From an uncultured virus (IMG/VR IMGVR_UViG_3300002835_015924) (Duplodnaviria; Heunggongvirae; Uroviricota; Caudoviricetes): a stretch of 64,000 bases of DNA. The stretch's first letter is position 1; the number at the start of each line of letters is the position of its first letter. Below the pieces are notes generated by a model. It saw nothing but the letters and a program-made list of their open reading frames with translations. It did no database searches and was not told where the DNA came from. Shown in pieces: positions 30,945 through 43,822 of this stretch. A program made the translations under genes and the position numbers. The stretch lies in IMG/VR virus record IMGVR_UViG_3300002835_015924, one strand, 5' to 3'.

Positions 30945-33900
30945 ATGAAGATTTATAATGATTCTATAGAAAACGCAGTGGGAGTAAATTCCACGTTTTT
31001 TGGGCAATACATAGGGTCTGCATATTCATATATTACACCTCCATTAAATGGCTTAATTATTCAAGGAAATGTGGGAATAGGCACAACAGCCCCCACACAA
31101 AACTTACATATTCAAGGAGCACTTCGTTTAACAGGAGCATTGTACGATTCGAGTAATTCACTAGGAGTAGCCAATCAAGTACTTTCTTCTACAGGGACAG
31201 GTGTAGCTTGGACAAGTGTATCTGCATCTGGTGGATCCATAAGTGGCTCTGGCACTGTAAATTTTGTTCCTAAATTCAACACCACTTCGTCATTAACTAA
31301 TTCTAATATTTCAGACACAGGATCATTAATTACATTAGGCGTGGCTGTAAGCGCAAATAATCAAATCAGCATAAACGTGCCTTTGGGTGGCACAAGCATA
31401 ATTAACACTGTTAATGGTTCAGGTTTGATATTACAAGGTAGAGGAACTGTAGGTGACCCAGCTGCTCTTAGAATTGTTGGTAATGATGCCACGATTTATG
31501 CAGATGCTGTTGATACTGCATACTTTCAGGCGGATTATAAAAATTTAAGAAACTTAGTGCTTTTGTCAGGTACTTATGGAAATGATGTGCCGTTGAACAG
31601 ACTTTTGCTAAATACTAGACAAGTAACAATATGGGATGGAAGTCACACATCGGCCCCTGTACCTACAAGTCTTTTTGAAGTGGCTAATGGTTTTGCCGCC
31701 ACCAAAGTAAATTTCAAAATTATAGGTACATCTGCTCAAACTGCAGATTTTTTCCAAGTTTATTCAAGTACATTAGCAAGAAACATTTTTGTCATAGATG
31801 CATCTGGAAATGTTGGTATTGGAACCACTGCCCCATCACAAGCCTTACACATACAAAATAATTTAAGGTTAACTGGAAGGCTTTTTGATACAAATAATTT
31901 ATCTGGTACATCGAATCAACTTTTAGCATCCACTGGATCTGCAGTAACATGGGTAAATGGCATGATTGGATCTATTACTGCCAATCAAGTGGCTTTTGCC
32001 AATGCTAACAATGTCCTTACTGGTGTATCTACCTTTGTATTAACAAGCACTGGCTTAGGCATTAATACCACTGCTCCTTTATCTAACTTGAATGTATGGG
32101 CTGGCTCTGGCACAACAACAGTTTTCAGAGTAGACAGCAATTCTGGTTTGCTTTTCCAAATTACTAATTCATTAACTGGAACTCTTTTTGCTGTAAATAA
32201 CATTTCGGGTCTTTCTAATTTTTTTGTTACAGATGGTGTTCAAAATCCTCTTGTTAATGTCAATGCTCCTGTAGGTATTTCTTCACAAATAATTTCTGTT
32301 ACTTCAGCGTCAAATGCTCCGTTCTTTTCAATCACTGGTTTAGGGTCAGTGGGAATTGCTACATCATCACCAACACAAAACTTACATGTTCAAGGAAACA
32401 CAAGAATTACAGGTGGTATTTTTGATTCTTTAAACCAAATAGGTTTAGCAGGATCAGTGCTATCTTCAACAGGAACAGGTTTAGCATGGACTGCGCAATC
32501 TACTTCCGCTGCCACATTAAGTGGTTCTGGAGCAGCTAATCAAGTTACATTCTGGAGCGGAGCTAATTCGCTCAGAGGCATTTCGACATTTGTGTATCAA
32601 AACGGGGCATTAGGAATTGGTACTTCAAGTCCTAGAGGAGCATTAGAAACCACAAACGAAATTTACGTAGAAAATATCTACATTGGAGCTGGAAACTCAT
32701 TTACTAATACAATTGTAGGTTTAGGGGTTTCTTTTTATTCAACAGGAGCAATCGCTGATTTAGACTACACAACTGTTTTAGGATACAGAGCAAACGCCAC
32801 ATCTGATCCATTACCTGGCATCATCATCGGGTCTGAAGCTGTCACAAATACCTCTTATGCATCAGCTAACGCATTCCAAAAACATATTTTAATTGGAAAC
32901 AATGTTCATTCAGACTTGAATATTAGATTTGATGGTAGCCCTCCTGGAAAAACAATTATTGGACATAGCGCTTATAGATATATAGACAACAGTGACGATA
33001 GAGATAGTGCTAATTTGATAATCATTGGTGAAGAAGCGTATTCGGGCACTGCTACCACGTACTTGGCAGACGAAAACCAAAACGTTATTATAGGAAATTA
33101 TGCCTCTAAATCGGCTAATTTTAATTTGTCGTTGATTATAGGCCACGGTGCTGGACAAGCATTTGATTTTAGCACTCCTGCCTCAGCTCGTGAAAGCAAC
33201 ATAATAATAGGTAATTCTGCTGCCCAAAATCTTACAGGAACAAACAACGTTCTTATTGGCGCAGGAGTAGCCAACACCAGTTCATTGGGTATATACAACA
33301 ATAATGTGGCGTTGGGCCACTATAATAATATAGCTGCGGCAGACTATCAAATTGCATTAGGCCCTAATGTTAATACAGTGAGAGCTAACGCAGGAGCTTG
33401 GGGTGGAAACACAAATGTCACACGCACAGATTTAGGTATTGGTACTTTTGCCCCACTTTCAAGATTACATTTGGAAACATTAAGCTCAAGCAATATGGGT
33501 CTTTTGATAAATGGCTCCACTTCACAAACCGCAGATTTATTAGAAGTAAATGCAACAACAACAGGAGCAAACTTCTTCACTATTACTGGAATCGGATCTG
33601 TGGGCATTTATACTTCTGCTCCCACTCAAGCATTGCATGTGCGAGGAAATGCTAGAATAACTGGAGGAATTTTTGATTCTAATAATCAAATTGGTTTAGC
33701 AAATTCTGTTTTAATCTCTACTGGAACTGGAATTTCTTGGACAAGTCAACTTTCGAATATTTTAACAGGCACAGGAACAATTAATACTGTTGCTAAATTT
33801 AGTTCTGCTACTACATTATCAAATTCAAACATTATTGACACCGGAACACTTATTACGCTTGGTTCTGGAGTTACAGTTTCTGGTATTCTTACTTCATTTG

Positions 33901-36284
33901 GATTTTTTGGGCCTGGAACAAATATCACTAATTTAAATGCTTCTAATTTAGCATCAGGCACAGTTCCTTCAGCTGTTGTATCTGGTTCTTACTCTGGAAT
34001 TACATCTGTAGGTAATCTTACACAACTTAATGTTACAGGTATTACATCAACGGTCAATTTAAGAATTTCTGGAATTCTTTATGACAACAGCTTCAGCTCC
34101 GGCACACAAAACCAAATATTGTCTTCTACGGGCACAGCTATTTCTTGGACTACCATTAATTCAGTAGGAATTATCACAGGAACTGGTACTTTAAACACGA
34201 TACCGAAGTTTGCTGGCCCTGCTTCATTGACCACATCGAATATTACCGATAATGGCATAGCGGTTACAATTAATTCACGATTGAATGTTGTTGGAATAGG
34301 TTCGTTTACCAACGATCTTTTAGTTAATAACATTACAGTAGGTTTAGGTAGTGGGCAAATAACTTCAAATACAGCTCTTGGTTTATCAGCATTAGCTGCA
34401 AATACTACAGGAAATCTTAACGTGGCAATCGGTTCGCAAGCAGGACTAGCAAACACAAATGGTATTGAAAATACATTTGTGGGAAATCAAGCCGGAAGAA
34501 CTAATAACGCTGGCAACAGTAACACGGCTGTAGGATATTTAGCAATGTTTGCAAATACTTCTGGAGCACAAAATGCTGCTTTAGGTAGAAGTGCACTTGT
34601 AAATAACACAACAGGTACAAACAATTCTGCGCTTGGATATGCTGCTTTGAATTCAAATACTACTGGCTCCAATAATACAGCCTTAGGATTTTTGGCTTTA
34701 CAAAATAATGTGACCACAAGCGGAAATACAGGTTTAGGAAGAGATGCATTAAGATATTATGCTAACTCAAGTAATCAAACAGCTGTTGGCTTTGCAGCTT
34801 TACAAGGAAATGGCACTGTTGCGCTTAATATAGGAACACAAAACTCAGCTCTAGGTTATCAAGCTGGGGTTGCCAATACTTCTGGATCAAATAATGTGTT
34901 CATAGGGTATCAAGCAGGACTAGCAAATACATCAGGTTCACAAAATGTTTTCTTGGGCAGGGTTTCCGGAAGTACAATACTTACTGGGTCTAACAATACA
35001 TTTCTTGGTGATTCAACTGGTGGAAACATAGCAGCTAGTTATCAAATTGCTGTAGGGCAAGCAGTGGTTCCTACAGCTTCAAACTTGGGTGCATGGGGAG
35101 GAAACACTAACGCTACTCGAACTGATTTAGGAGTGGGGACATTTACACCATTAGCTAGATTACATGTAGAATCCTTAAACGCTGCTAACGCAGGATTAAT
35201 AGTAGCTGGAGCCGCCTCTCAAACAGCTAATCTGCTAGAAGTGGAATTAACAACTAATGGTGTAACCGCTATGGTAGTTACTGGTGTTGGTTCTGTAGGC
35301 ATCAATACAGCAACAGCTAGATATCCTTTACATGTTGTGGGGGCTGCTAGAGTAAGTAACTTAGGTATTGGTGTAGCACCTCAAGCCTCTTCGATTCTGG
35401 ATGTGGCAGGAAATATTAATATGTCTCCAGGTGGAGCTTATAGGTGGGGGAATGGAGATGCTCAAATTTCGAATAACTCAGGTCAATATAATATAGTTCT
35501 TACTAATTATAATGGAACTTTTTCTCAAGAGAACATGAGACTTGTTTCTTCCGGTTTAGTTGGTATTGGAACTAACAGTCCGGCTACAAAACTTCATGTT
35601 CGAAGCGGTTTTACTACAAATACAGCATTTAGAATTTCTGGATTAACTGGACAAATTGCAGACTTGCTTCAAATCGAGTCGGCTATAGCTGGAACAAGAT
35701 TTGTAACAGTGGGCGCAGCTGGTTCAGTGGGAATTGGTACCACTACTCCTTCTCAGCCTCTTCATGTTCAAGGCACAGCAAGGTTTAATGGCTCAATATT
35801 AGACAATAACAACTTACCTGGAGCAGCAATAGGAATTGTCAGCCAAGTGCTTACTTCTACAGGTGTGGGAGTAACATGGGCTCCAATAAAAAGAAATCTT
35901 GTAGTGCCTCTTATGACTGCATTTAATCCCACACTTGTTGGGATAGATTCTGCTGTATTTATTGTTCCTCAGGATCCTATAAATGGCACTAGCTCAATGA
36001 CATTCAATTTTAGAAGAGTAAACGTGAGAGTAGAAACTCCATCTGCTGCAGGTATTACTACAATCAATATAGCCAAATCTATTTCTGCAGGCGCATTTTT
36101 GGGCACAAATATTTTAACCACTAGCATTAATTTAACAGGAGCATCCACTTACGAAGGTTTTTCAACATCTTTTGCCGCTGGCTTCACAACAGCTGCTTCA
36201 GGAGATAAATTAGCAATAAATTTTGTTGGAGTAAATACTTTTCACCAAAATCTTACAGTGGAACTTATTGCAATAGAAGCATGA
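30945..36284 (+). CDS. Giant tail fibre/adhesin protein (1779 aa)
   Basis: Same module vocabulary as the two upstream fibres, with a distinct C-terminal domain. Confidence 0.85.
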   Translation: MKIYNDSIENAVGVNSTFFGQYIGSAYSYITPPLNGLIIQGNVGIGTTAPTQNLHIQGALRLTGALYDSSNSLGVANQVLSSTGTGVAWTSVSASGGSISGSGTVNFVPKFNTTSSLTNSNISDTGSLITLGVAVSANNQISINVPLGGTSIINTVNGSGLILQGRGTVGDPAALRIVGNDATIYADAVDTAYFQADYKNLRNLVLLSGTYGNDVPLNRLLLNTRQVTIWDGSHTSAPVPTSLFEVANGFAATKVNFKIIGTSAQTADFFQVYSSTLARNIFVIDASGNVGIGTTAPSQALHIQNNLRLTGRLFDTNNLSGTSNQLLASTGSAVTWVNGMIGSITANQVAFANANNVLTGVSTFVLTSTGLGINTTAPLSNLNVWAGSGTTTVFRVDSNSGLLFQITNSLTGTLFAVNNISGLSNFFVTDGVQNPLVNVNAPVGISSQIISVTSASNAPFFSITGLGSVGIATSSPTQNLHVQGNTRITGGIFDSLNQIGLAGSVLSSTGTGLAWTAQSTSAATLSGSGAANQVTFWSGANSLRGISTFVYQNGALGIGTSSPRGALETTNEIYVENIYIGAGNSFTNTIVGLGVSFYSTGAIADLDYTTVLGYRANATSDPLPGIIIGSEAVTNTSYASANAFQKHILIGNNVHSDLNIRFDGSPPGKTIIGHSAYRYIDNSDDRDSANLIIIGEEAYSGTATTYLADENQNVIIGNYASKSANFNLSLIIGHGAGQAFDFSTPASARESNIIIGNSAAQNLTGTNNVLIGAGVANTSSLGIYNNNVALGHYNNIAAADYQIALGPNVNTVRANAGAWGGNTNVTRTDLGIGTFAPLSRLHLETLSSSNMGLLINGSTSQTADLLEVNATTTGANFFTITGIGSVGIYTSAPTQALHVRGNARITGGIFDSNNQIGLANSVLISTGTGISWTSQLSNILTGTGTINTVAKFSSATTLSNSNIIDTGTLITLGSGVTVSGILTSFGFFGPGTNITNLNASNLASGTVPSAVVSGSYSGITSVGNLTQLNVTGITSTVNLRISGILYDNSFSSGTQNQILSSTGTAISWTTINSVGIITGTGTLNTIPKFAGPASLTTSNITDNGIAVTINSRLNVVGIGSFTNDLLVNNITVGLGSGQITSNTALGLSALAANTTGNLNVAIGSQAGLANTNGIENTFVGNQAGRTNNAGNSNTAVGYLAMFANTSGAQNAALGRSALVNNTTGTNNSALGYAALNSNTTGSNNTALGFLALQNNVTTSGNTGLGRDALRYYANSSNQTAVGFAALQGNGTVALNIGTQNSALGYQAGVANTSGSNNVFIGYQAGLANTSGSQNVFLGRVSGSTILTGSNNTFLGDSTGGNIAASYQIAVGQAVVPTASNLGAWGGNTNATRTDLGVGTFTPLARLHVESLNAANAGLIVAGAASQTANLLEVELTTNGVTAMVVTGVGSVGINTATARYPLHVVGAARVSNLGIGVAPQASSILDVAGNINMSPGGAYRWGNGDAQISNNSGQYNIVLTNYNGTFSQENMRLVSSGLVGIGTNSPATKLHVRSGFTTNTAFRISGLTGQIADLLQIESAIAGTRFVTVGAAGSVGIGTTTPSQPLHVQGTARFNGSILDNNNLPGAAIGIVSQVLTSTGVGVTWAPIKRNLVVPLMTAFNPTLVGIDSAVFIVPQDPINGTSSMTFNFRRVNVRVETPSAAGITTINIAKSISAGAFLGTNILTTSINLTGASTYEGFSTSFAAGFTTAASGDKLAINFVGVNTFHQNLTVELIAIEA

Positions 36285-36775
36285 AACTAAAAAAAGAAAT
36301 AGTAAACAACAGAGAGTTTTGGTTTGGGCCAGACAAAGCAATATATTCTATGGTGCCGCCATATAGCAATTTGTGTTTCAACTATTTTTTGCCAGATTCT
36401 TATAAAAACAAAATATTACAACTTGGAGTTTGTGGCAATTCTTTCAGATATTTGTTGAAAGAGAAATTTCCAAAATCAATTTTGATGGATGTAGATATTG
36501 AAGATTACTCTGAAAACTCAGATAATTTTGTTCAATTAGATGCATTAGAATTCTTAAGAACAACAAGCGAACTATTCGATTATAGCGTGGTTGATATTTC
36601 AAAAAACACAGATGTTGATGAAATTATTTTTGATGAAGAATTTCAAATTTTTTTGAAAACAAAATCATTATCAGGAGTGATTAACTGTGGCACATATGAA
36701 AAAGAATTTGTTCATTTAAAATGTACAAAAAAAATCAAAGCAGAAAATAATATTTTGTATTTTTGGGAGAGATAA
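36281..36775 (+). CDS. SAM-dependent Rossmann-fold protein, spermidine-synthase-like
   Basis: KILQLGVCGNS, MDVDIE, VQLDALEFL, FDYSVVDI; short, and lacks the canonical GGGDG motif. Confidence 0.55.
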   Translation: MKLKKEIVNNREFWFGPDKAIYSMVPPYSNLCFNYFLPDSYKNKILQLGVCGNSFRYLLKEKFPKSILMDVDIEDYSENSDNFVQLDALEFLRTTSELFDYSVVDISKNTDVDEIIFDEEFQIFLKTKSLSGVINCGTYEKEFVHLKCTKKIKAENNILYFWER

Positions 36776-37725
36776 TGGCGACAGCAGGAACAAATTATTC
36801 AAGCACAGTAACAAACGATGCATCGGCTGGCTCTGTGGCTTGGACTAACCCTACTAATGCGCAAGGTAACCAAACAGCAGTGTATGCAGCAGCTGATATG
36901 ACTAACTCAGGTTCTGTAGAAAACACAATAAAACTTATTAAAGGAGGAACAATCTCCGGAAACAATAAATCAACAGGCGCTACCATACCATCTACTTTGA
37001 CAACTGTAAGTTACGGGGGAACAACTGATTTATGGGGATTAAGTTTTACCGTGACTGACGTAAATGCCTCAAATTTTGGAGTGGTTTTTTTAGTGGAAAA
37101 TCCAGTGGCAGGCACTGTTTCAAATTATTTAAACGCACAAAATTTTGGTTTTTCAGTGCCCTCTAGTTCTACCATAAATGGAATTACTTGCACAATTACA
37201 CAGCAAGAAGCCGCTACATCGTTTGTGGCTGGCACACAAATTCAAACACAATTTGGGGACAAAAACATAGAAGACATTACTGTTGAAGACTATGTTAAAA
37301 GTTTTAATCAAAAAACAAAAAGATGTTCGTTTCAAAAAGTTCTTGCAATTACAAGCAGAGAAACAGAAGATTTAGTGATTATAAATGAAAAAATCATTAG
37401 TACACCTGAACATTTGTTTTTAACTGATCATGGGTGGATTGAAGCACAAAAATTATCTAAAAAAATGTTTTTGTTAAAAAATGAAAAAAATAAGTGGAAA
37501 AAGGAAAAAGTAAAAACCATCAGTTTTGAAAAACAAAAAACAAAAGTTTATAATTTTCAAGTAGATAAAAATGAAACGTATTTTGCAAATACTTATGCGG
37601 TTCATAATGTAGCTCTTGTAAATAGATTTGTTCGCGTTTACAACTTTGGCATTTCTATTGATTATACACCTCCAGGTGGAGGGGGAGCAGTGCAAAGAAG
37701 AAGAGTGAGCGCAATTATAATGTAG
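36775..37725 (+). CDS. Tail-associated beta-sandwich protein with inserted Hint domain
   Basis: AWTNPTNA, SYGGTTDLWGL, NFGFSVPSSSTINGI motifs; start overlaps the upstream TAA. Confidence 0.75.
   Translation: MATAGTNYSSTVTNDASAGSVAWTNPTNAQGNQTAVYAAADMTNSGSVENTIKLIKGGTISGNNKSTGATIPSTLTTVSYGGTTDLWGLSFTVTDVNASNFGVVFLVENPVAGTVSNYLNAQNFGFSVPSSSTINGITCTITQQEAATSFVAGTQIQTQFGDKNIEDITVEDYVKSFNQKTKRCSFQKVLAITSRETEDLVIINEKIISTPEHLFLTDHGWIEAQKLSKKMFLLKNEKNKWKKEKVKTISFEKQKTKVYNFQVDKNETYFANTYAVHNVALVNRFVRVYNFGISIDYTPPGGGGAVQRRRVSAIIM
37219..37608 (+). other. Hint (intein-like/BIL) domain, 130 aa, no endonuclease
   Basis: Block A SFVAGTQI; block B STPEHLFLT..GW; blocks F/G VYNFQV..TYFAN..VHN; followed by Val. 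Confidence 0.85.
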
Positions 37726-37927
37726 TGTCCTTAAGTTTGTTTTGCAAACTAGTTTTGATATTTTTACCCATATCTTCATTGGCAATTGTCTCAATCACAT
37801 TAAAGTCTTCAATTTTATCTAAAAAAGACATCAAATCTAAACATTCTTTTCCAACAGTGCCTTTGGGAGTAACTGTAATTTTGCCTTTCTCATCAATTTC
37901 AATTTCCAATTCTACTTTTTTGCTCAT
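37715..37927 (-). CDS. DUF2997-like protein
   Basis: IEIDEKGKITVTPKGTVGKECLDL pattern; adjacent to a DUF1257-like gene. Confidence 0.7.
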   Translation of the reverse strand: MSKKVELEIEIDEKGKITVTPKGTVGKECLDLMSFLDKIEDFNVIETIANEDMGKNIKTSLQNKLKDTTL

Positions 37928-38316
37928 ATAATTTTACCTGCTGTGATTTTGATTGTTTTGTCTTTCATTTCTGCTTTCACAGAAAACTTATTTTTAGATA
38001 AAGCTGTTTTGATTGCAGTAACTGCGTAAGATTGCTTAATTTTATCTGCTACACCAATGTTTTGATCATATTCTGAACAAATCATTACATATTCTTTTTT
38101 GTCTTCATCATACGCAAAACCAACATCATTAGACAAATTTGAAATCAACAATCTTGGAATAATTATTTCAGCTATTTCGTTTCTTTCGTCTCCCATGTAG
38201 CCAACTAATTTTGTTTTTTCTTTATATACTACAGGTGTGAAACCTAATTCTTTTAAACATTCGATTAATGTTTCTTGGTTTTTGAATGAACAATTTATTG
38301 TTTTATATGCTGACAT
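37924..38316 (-). CDS. DUF1257 (Ycf35)-like protein
   Basis: MSAYKTI..FKNQETLIECLKELGF, NDVGF, KIKQSYA. Confidence 0.7.
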   Translation of the reverse strand: MSAYKTINCSFKNQETLIECLKELGFTPVVYKEKTKLVGYMGDERNEIAEIIIPRLLISNLSNDVGFAYDEDKKEYVMICSEYDQNIGVADKIKQSYAVTAIKTALSKNKFSVKAEMKDKTIKITAGKII

Positions 38317-38632
38317 TTTTATCTCCAGTTAAATCAAACTTTGGCAATAACTCTTTGAATAATCTTCCACAATGAGGACATAACCAAGAGTTGAGAGCCA
38401 CTTCTTTTGCTTCAAATGCTTCCTGAGAGTAACATTCATACAAATTAAGTAAATTACCTTTAGGAATTTTATATCCGTCTATTGTTGCTTCTGGAGTTAT
38501 TCTATAGCAATGCACACAGCCTACTACTTCTAAATAATTTTCTCCAGAAAACAAAATATCTTCTATCAATTTGTAGCTTTTGTTTAATGCTTCAAATTCT
38601 TTAATTTTTAATTCAAAAAGATAATTTTTCAT
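38303..38632 (-). CDS. Hypothetical zinc-binding protein
   Basis: CVHC and CPHC pairs. Confidence 0.6.
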   Translation of the reverse strand: MKNYLFELKIKEFEALNKSYKLIEDILFSGENYLEVVGCVHCYRITPEATIDGYKIPKGNLLNLYECYSQEAFEAKEVALNSWLCPHCGRLFKELLPKFDLTGDKNVSI

Positions 38633-38804
38633 TTTTTTTTGAAAGCAAAGTAAGAACGTTTTTTTTCCATTAAACTTAACGGAACTTTGCCTTCATGTAT
38701 TATATACTTCTGATTTCAAACTAAAGTTTCATTTTTTTCCAAACTAGTTTGTAAACTTACTATTTAAACAAACATATATATAATTTTTCCTAATATAGTA
38801 AAGC

Positions 38805-39107
38805 TCAATTTTCATAAACGTAAACTGAGTATTCGAGAGATTTTATTACATGTGTTGGTTTTGTGTCTTCAAAAAAAGTTAAGGAAATGAATGGGGTGAC
38901 ACATTTGCTCTGAGAAAAACGTATGATACTTTTAGAATCTGGTTCTAAGTCAAGTTTTTCAAAGAGATCATACAGTTTTGTGTCTATTTTGGTTTTTGTA
39001 TCAAAAACAAAAGTTTTTTGAGCATATTTAAAAAGCTCCGCAAGAACACACAAAACTTCATCCTCTGACAGAATTTGACCTAATTTCCATTTTTCCAGAA
39101 AATCCAT
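38805..39107 (-). CDS. Hypothetical protein
   Basis: 100-aa ORF with GTACAA-N8-ATG upstream. Confidence 0.6.
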   Translation of the reverse strand: MDFLEKWKLGQILSEDEVLCVLAELFKYAQKTFVFDTKTKIDTKLYDLFEKLDLEPDSKSIIRFSQSKCVTPFISLTFFEDTKPTHVIKSLEYSVYVYEN

Positions 39108-39115
39108 AAGGTTAA

Positions 39116-41734
<2,619 letters not shown>

Positions 41735-41748
41735 ACGTATATAAAGTA

Positions 41749-42288
41749 ATGAAAGTTAAAATTGGAAAAATTATCACAGATGTTTCAGAAGATATAATTG
41801 CAACTAATATTGCTAATAAACTAATTTCTGGTGCATATTTTATGTCAGACACTGTAAAGAATTTTAGACAATCTTTTGATTTATTCAAAATGATGAGTGT
41901 TGATTTTATCAAAACTAAAGAAAAAAATTTTATTTTTTCTTTTAGTGAAGATTTTTGGTTTGAAGAATTTAAGGTTTTCCAAGAAAAAAGATTAGTTGCT
42001 TTTCAAAATGAGCTATCGTTAGTTTTTAGTGATGGCTCTGAATGGTCTATACCTTTAATGGATTTGGCTAATATTGCCATGAAATACGATGAATGGAAGG
42101 ACAGAGATTTATTTGAACTTTTAGAAAATCCTGAAGATTTATGTTTGTGGGCAGAAAAAAAACTAAACTGGGATGATGTCAAACAGTACAAAAAACTGAT
42201 AAGCATCGAAGACCATGATGAAATTTATTCAGAAGAATGGAAAAAAGTTAAAAAAACAATTGTGTGTCTTAAAAATGACAAAAAATAA
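41749..42288 (+). CDS. Hypothetical protein
   Basis: 179-aa ORF; variant motif GTATAT 6 nt upstream of ATG. Confidence 0.65.
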   Translation: MKVKIGKIITDVSEDIIATNIANKLISGAYFMSDTVKNFRQSFDLFKMMSVDFIKTKEKNFIFSFSEDFWFEEFKVFQEKRLVAFQNELSLVFSDGSEWSIPLMDLANIAMKYDEWKDRDLFELLENPEDLCLWAEKKLNWDDVKQYKKLISIEDHDEIYSEEWKKVKKTIVCLKNDKK

Positions 42289-42637
42289 CAAACCCCCGAT
42301 AGGTAAACACATTCTTCTTGATTTGTATCAATGCAAAAACTCAGATTTAAACTGGGATGAAATAAAAAAAGTTTTTTATGATGGATTAGAAAAGGGCAAT
42401 TTTTCTGTTTTGTCTGATCACCATCATCAATTTGAACCACATGGTGTTAGTGGTATGTTTATTTTAGAGGAATCACATTGCTCTTTCCATATTTGGGTGG
42501 AACTCTGTTTTGTGTCATTGGATGTATATTGGTGCGGAGCCAAATGTGATGAACAAAAACTTATCAACACCCTTATTCAGTTTTTTGTGCCACAGAAAGT
42601 AGATTATAAATATGTGGAACGTGGATTTTTTGAATAA
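42275..42637 (+). CDS. speD: S-adenosylmethionine decarboxylase proenzyme (class 1B, pyruvoyl)
   Basis: GKHILLDLYQC, HQFEPHGVSGMFILEESH (E-S self-cleavage site), LDVYWCG. Confidence 0.85.
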   Translation: MTKNNKPPIGKHILLDLYQCKNSDLNWDEIKKVFYDGLEKGNFSVLSDHHHQFEPHGVSGMFILEESHCSFHIWVELCFVSLDVYWCGAKCDEQKLINTLIQFFVPQKVDYKYVERGFFE

Positions 42638-42672
42638 TAGGTTTTTTTTAAACCATTCAAGAATCTTAGAAT

Positions 42673-43770
42673 ATGAACCAACTATCTAATCTTAATGCCA
42701 CCTTGGTTAAAACGGTAAGATATGAGACTAATACTGCAATCTCAAATACTCTTAATTTCACAGTAGAAAATTGCAGTGTTGTCACAAATATACAAAAAAT
42801 TGTTTTTTATTTGGATACGCCAGATCAAAATTTTGCTTCTCAAACTCAAATTACTATTTCAGATAGAGGTCATACTTTTCCAGGAAAAATTAATGGATTT
42901 ATTCCTACAGTTTTTGCTTCCATAGGCACTAATTTCAGCGCTGTTTTTGGTGGTACAAACACAAATAGTGTATTAATTCAAAATTCCCCTCAAGTTGTTA
43001 CAGCTATTGTGAATCAATCAACACTAGATTCTGAAGGCATTGGAAATATTTATGTAAAATTACAGAGAACTACCGGCAACTACACTGGTGGTTTTACTAT
43101 GGCTGTATTTTATCAGCCAGGAATCACTTATAATTCTAATTTTAATACCAGAAATCAAATTTCAAATGATGCGCCTTTTAGGGTGTTGTCACAATTTGGA
43201 ATTGGTACATACGCAAATGGTATTAGTACGATGGTTGATCAAACACAAAACGTAGCATGGACTCCGAATAGAAGAAATAATATCGACAATTTGGATTTTG
43301 GTTTTGGTGTGTCATCTAGTAGTCCATTCTTTTATTTTGGAACACCTTATAAAACGACAAGATGGTTTTTGGGTTTCTCAAGTGATAACACTCCTAATAT
43401 TGGCGTGGTGACATTCAATTACTTTAACGGAACAAACTTTACAAGTTTTTCTACTACTTATGTTGGCGCAAATGGCCCTGGAACTTACAAGTTTGCAAAT
43501 GACGGAGTAATTATTTTTTCACCGCCTTCTGATTGGCAATCATTAAAAATGGATAATGATCCACTTACTAAATATAATCAAGTTCTTATAGGTTTAGGTT
43601 CCTTGGCGACAAATGCTATTGCTAACAACCCTCAGATGTACTGGGTACAATGCCAAATAGGTTTTTCGTCTGCCGCTCCAGCAAATCAAACAATTACAGT
43701 TTCATCAGTTTCGCCATTGATTGAACCAAATTTACCTTTGACATTCCCAGGAAGGAAGATACCAAGTTAA
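42673..43770 (+). CDS. Putative virion structural protein
   Basis: 365 aa, N/T/S/G-rich, beta-type; AGG-N18-AGAAT upstream. Confidence 0.6.
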   Translation: MNQLSNLNATLVKTVRYETNTAISNTLNFTVENCSVVTNIQKIVFYLDTPDQNFASQTQITISDRGHTFPGKINGFIPTVFASIGTNFSAVFGGTNTNSVLIQNSPQVVTAIVNQSTLDSEGIGNIYVKLQRTTGNYTGGFTMAVFYQPGITYNSNFNTRNQISNDAPFRVLSQFGIGTYANGISTMVDQTQNVAWTPNRRNNIDNLDFGFGVSSSSPFFYFGTPYKTTRWFLGFSSDNTPNIGVVTFNYFNGTNFTSFSTTYVGANGPGTYKFANDGVIIFSPPSDWQSLKMDNDPLTKYNQVLIGLGSLATNAIANNPQMYWVQCQIGFSSAAPANQTITVSSVSPLIEPNLPLTFPGRKIPS

Positions 43771-43822
43771 TCTAGAAATGATATAATAGGTCAAAAAGGT
43801 GACCGTAAAGGAGAAAAAAAGT

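Noticed and set aside
14695..34717. Many 60-125 aa antisense or alternate-frame ORFs inside the fibre genes
   Set aside because: Shadow ORFs produced by repetitive Gly/Thr/Asn/Ser codons; no start signals.
38633..38804. Small ORFs in the AT-rich gap (MKAKFR*, MEKKRSYFAFKKK*)
   Set aside because: Too short to support; may be regulatory or decayed sequence.
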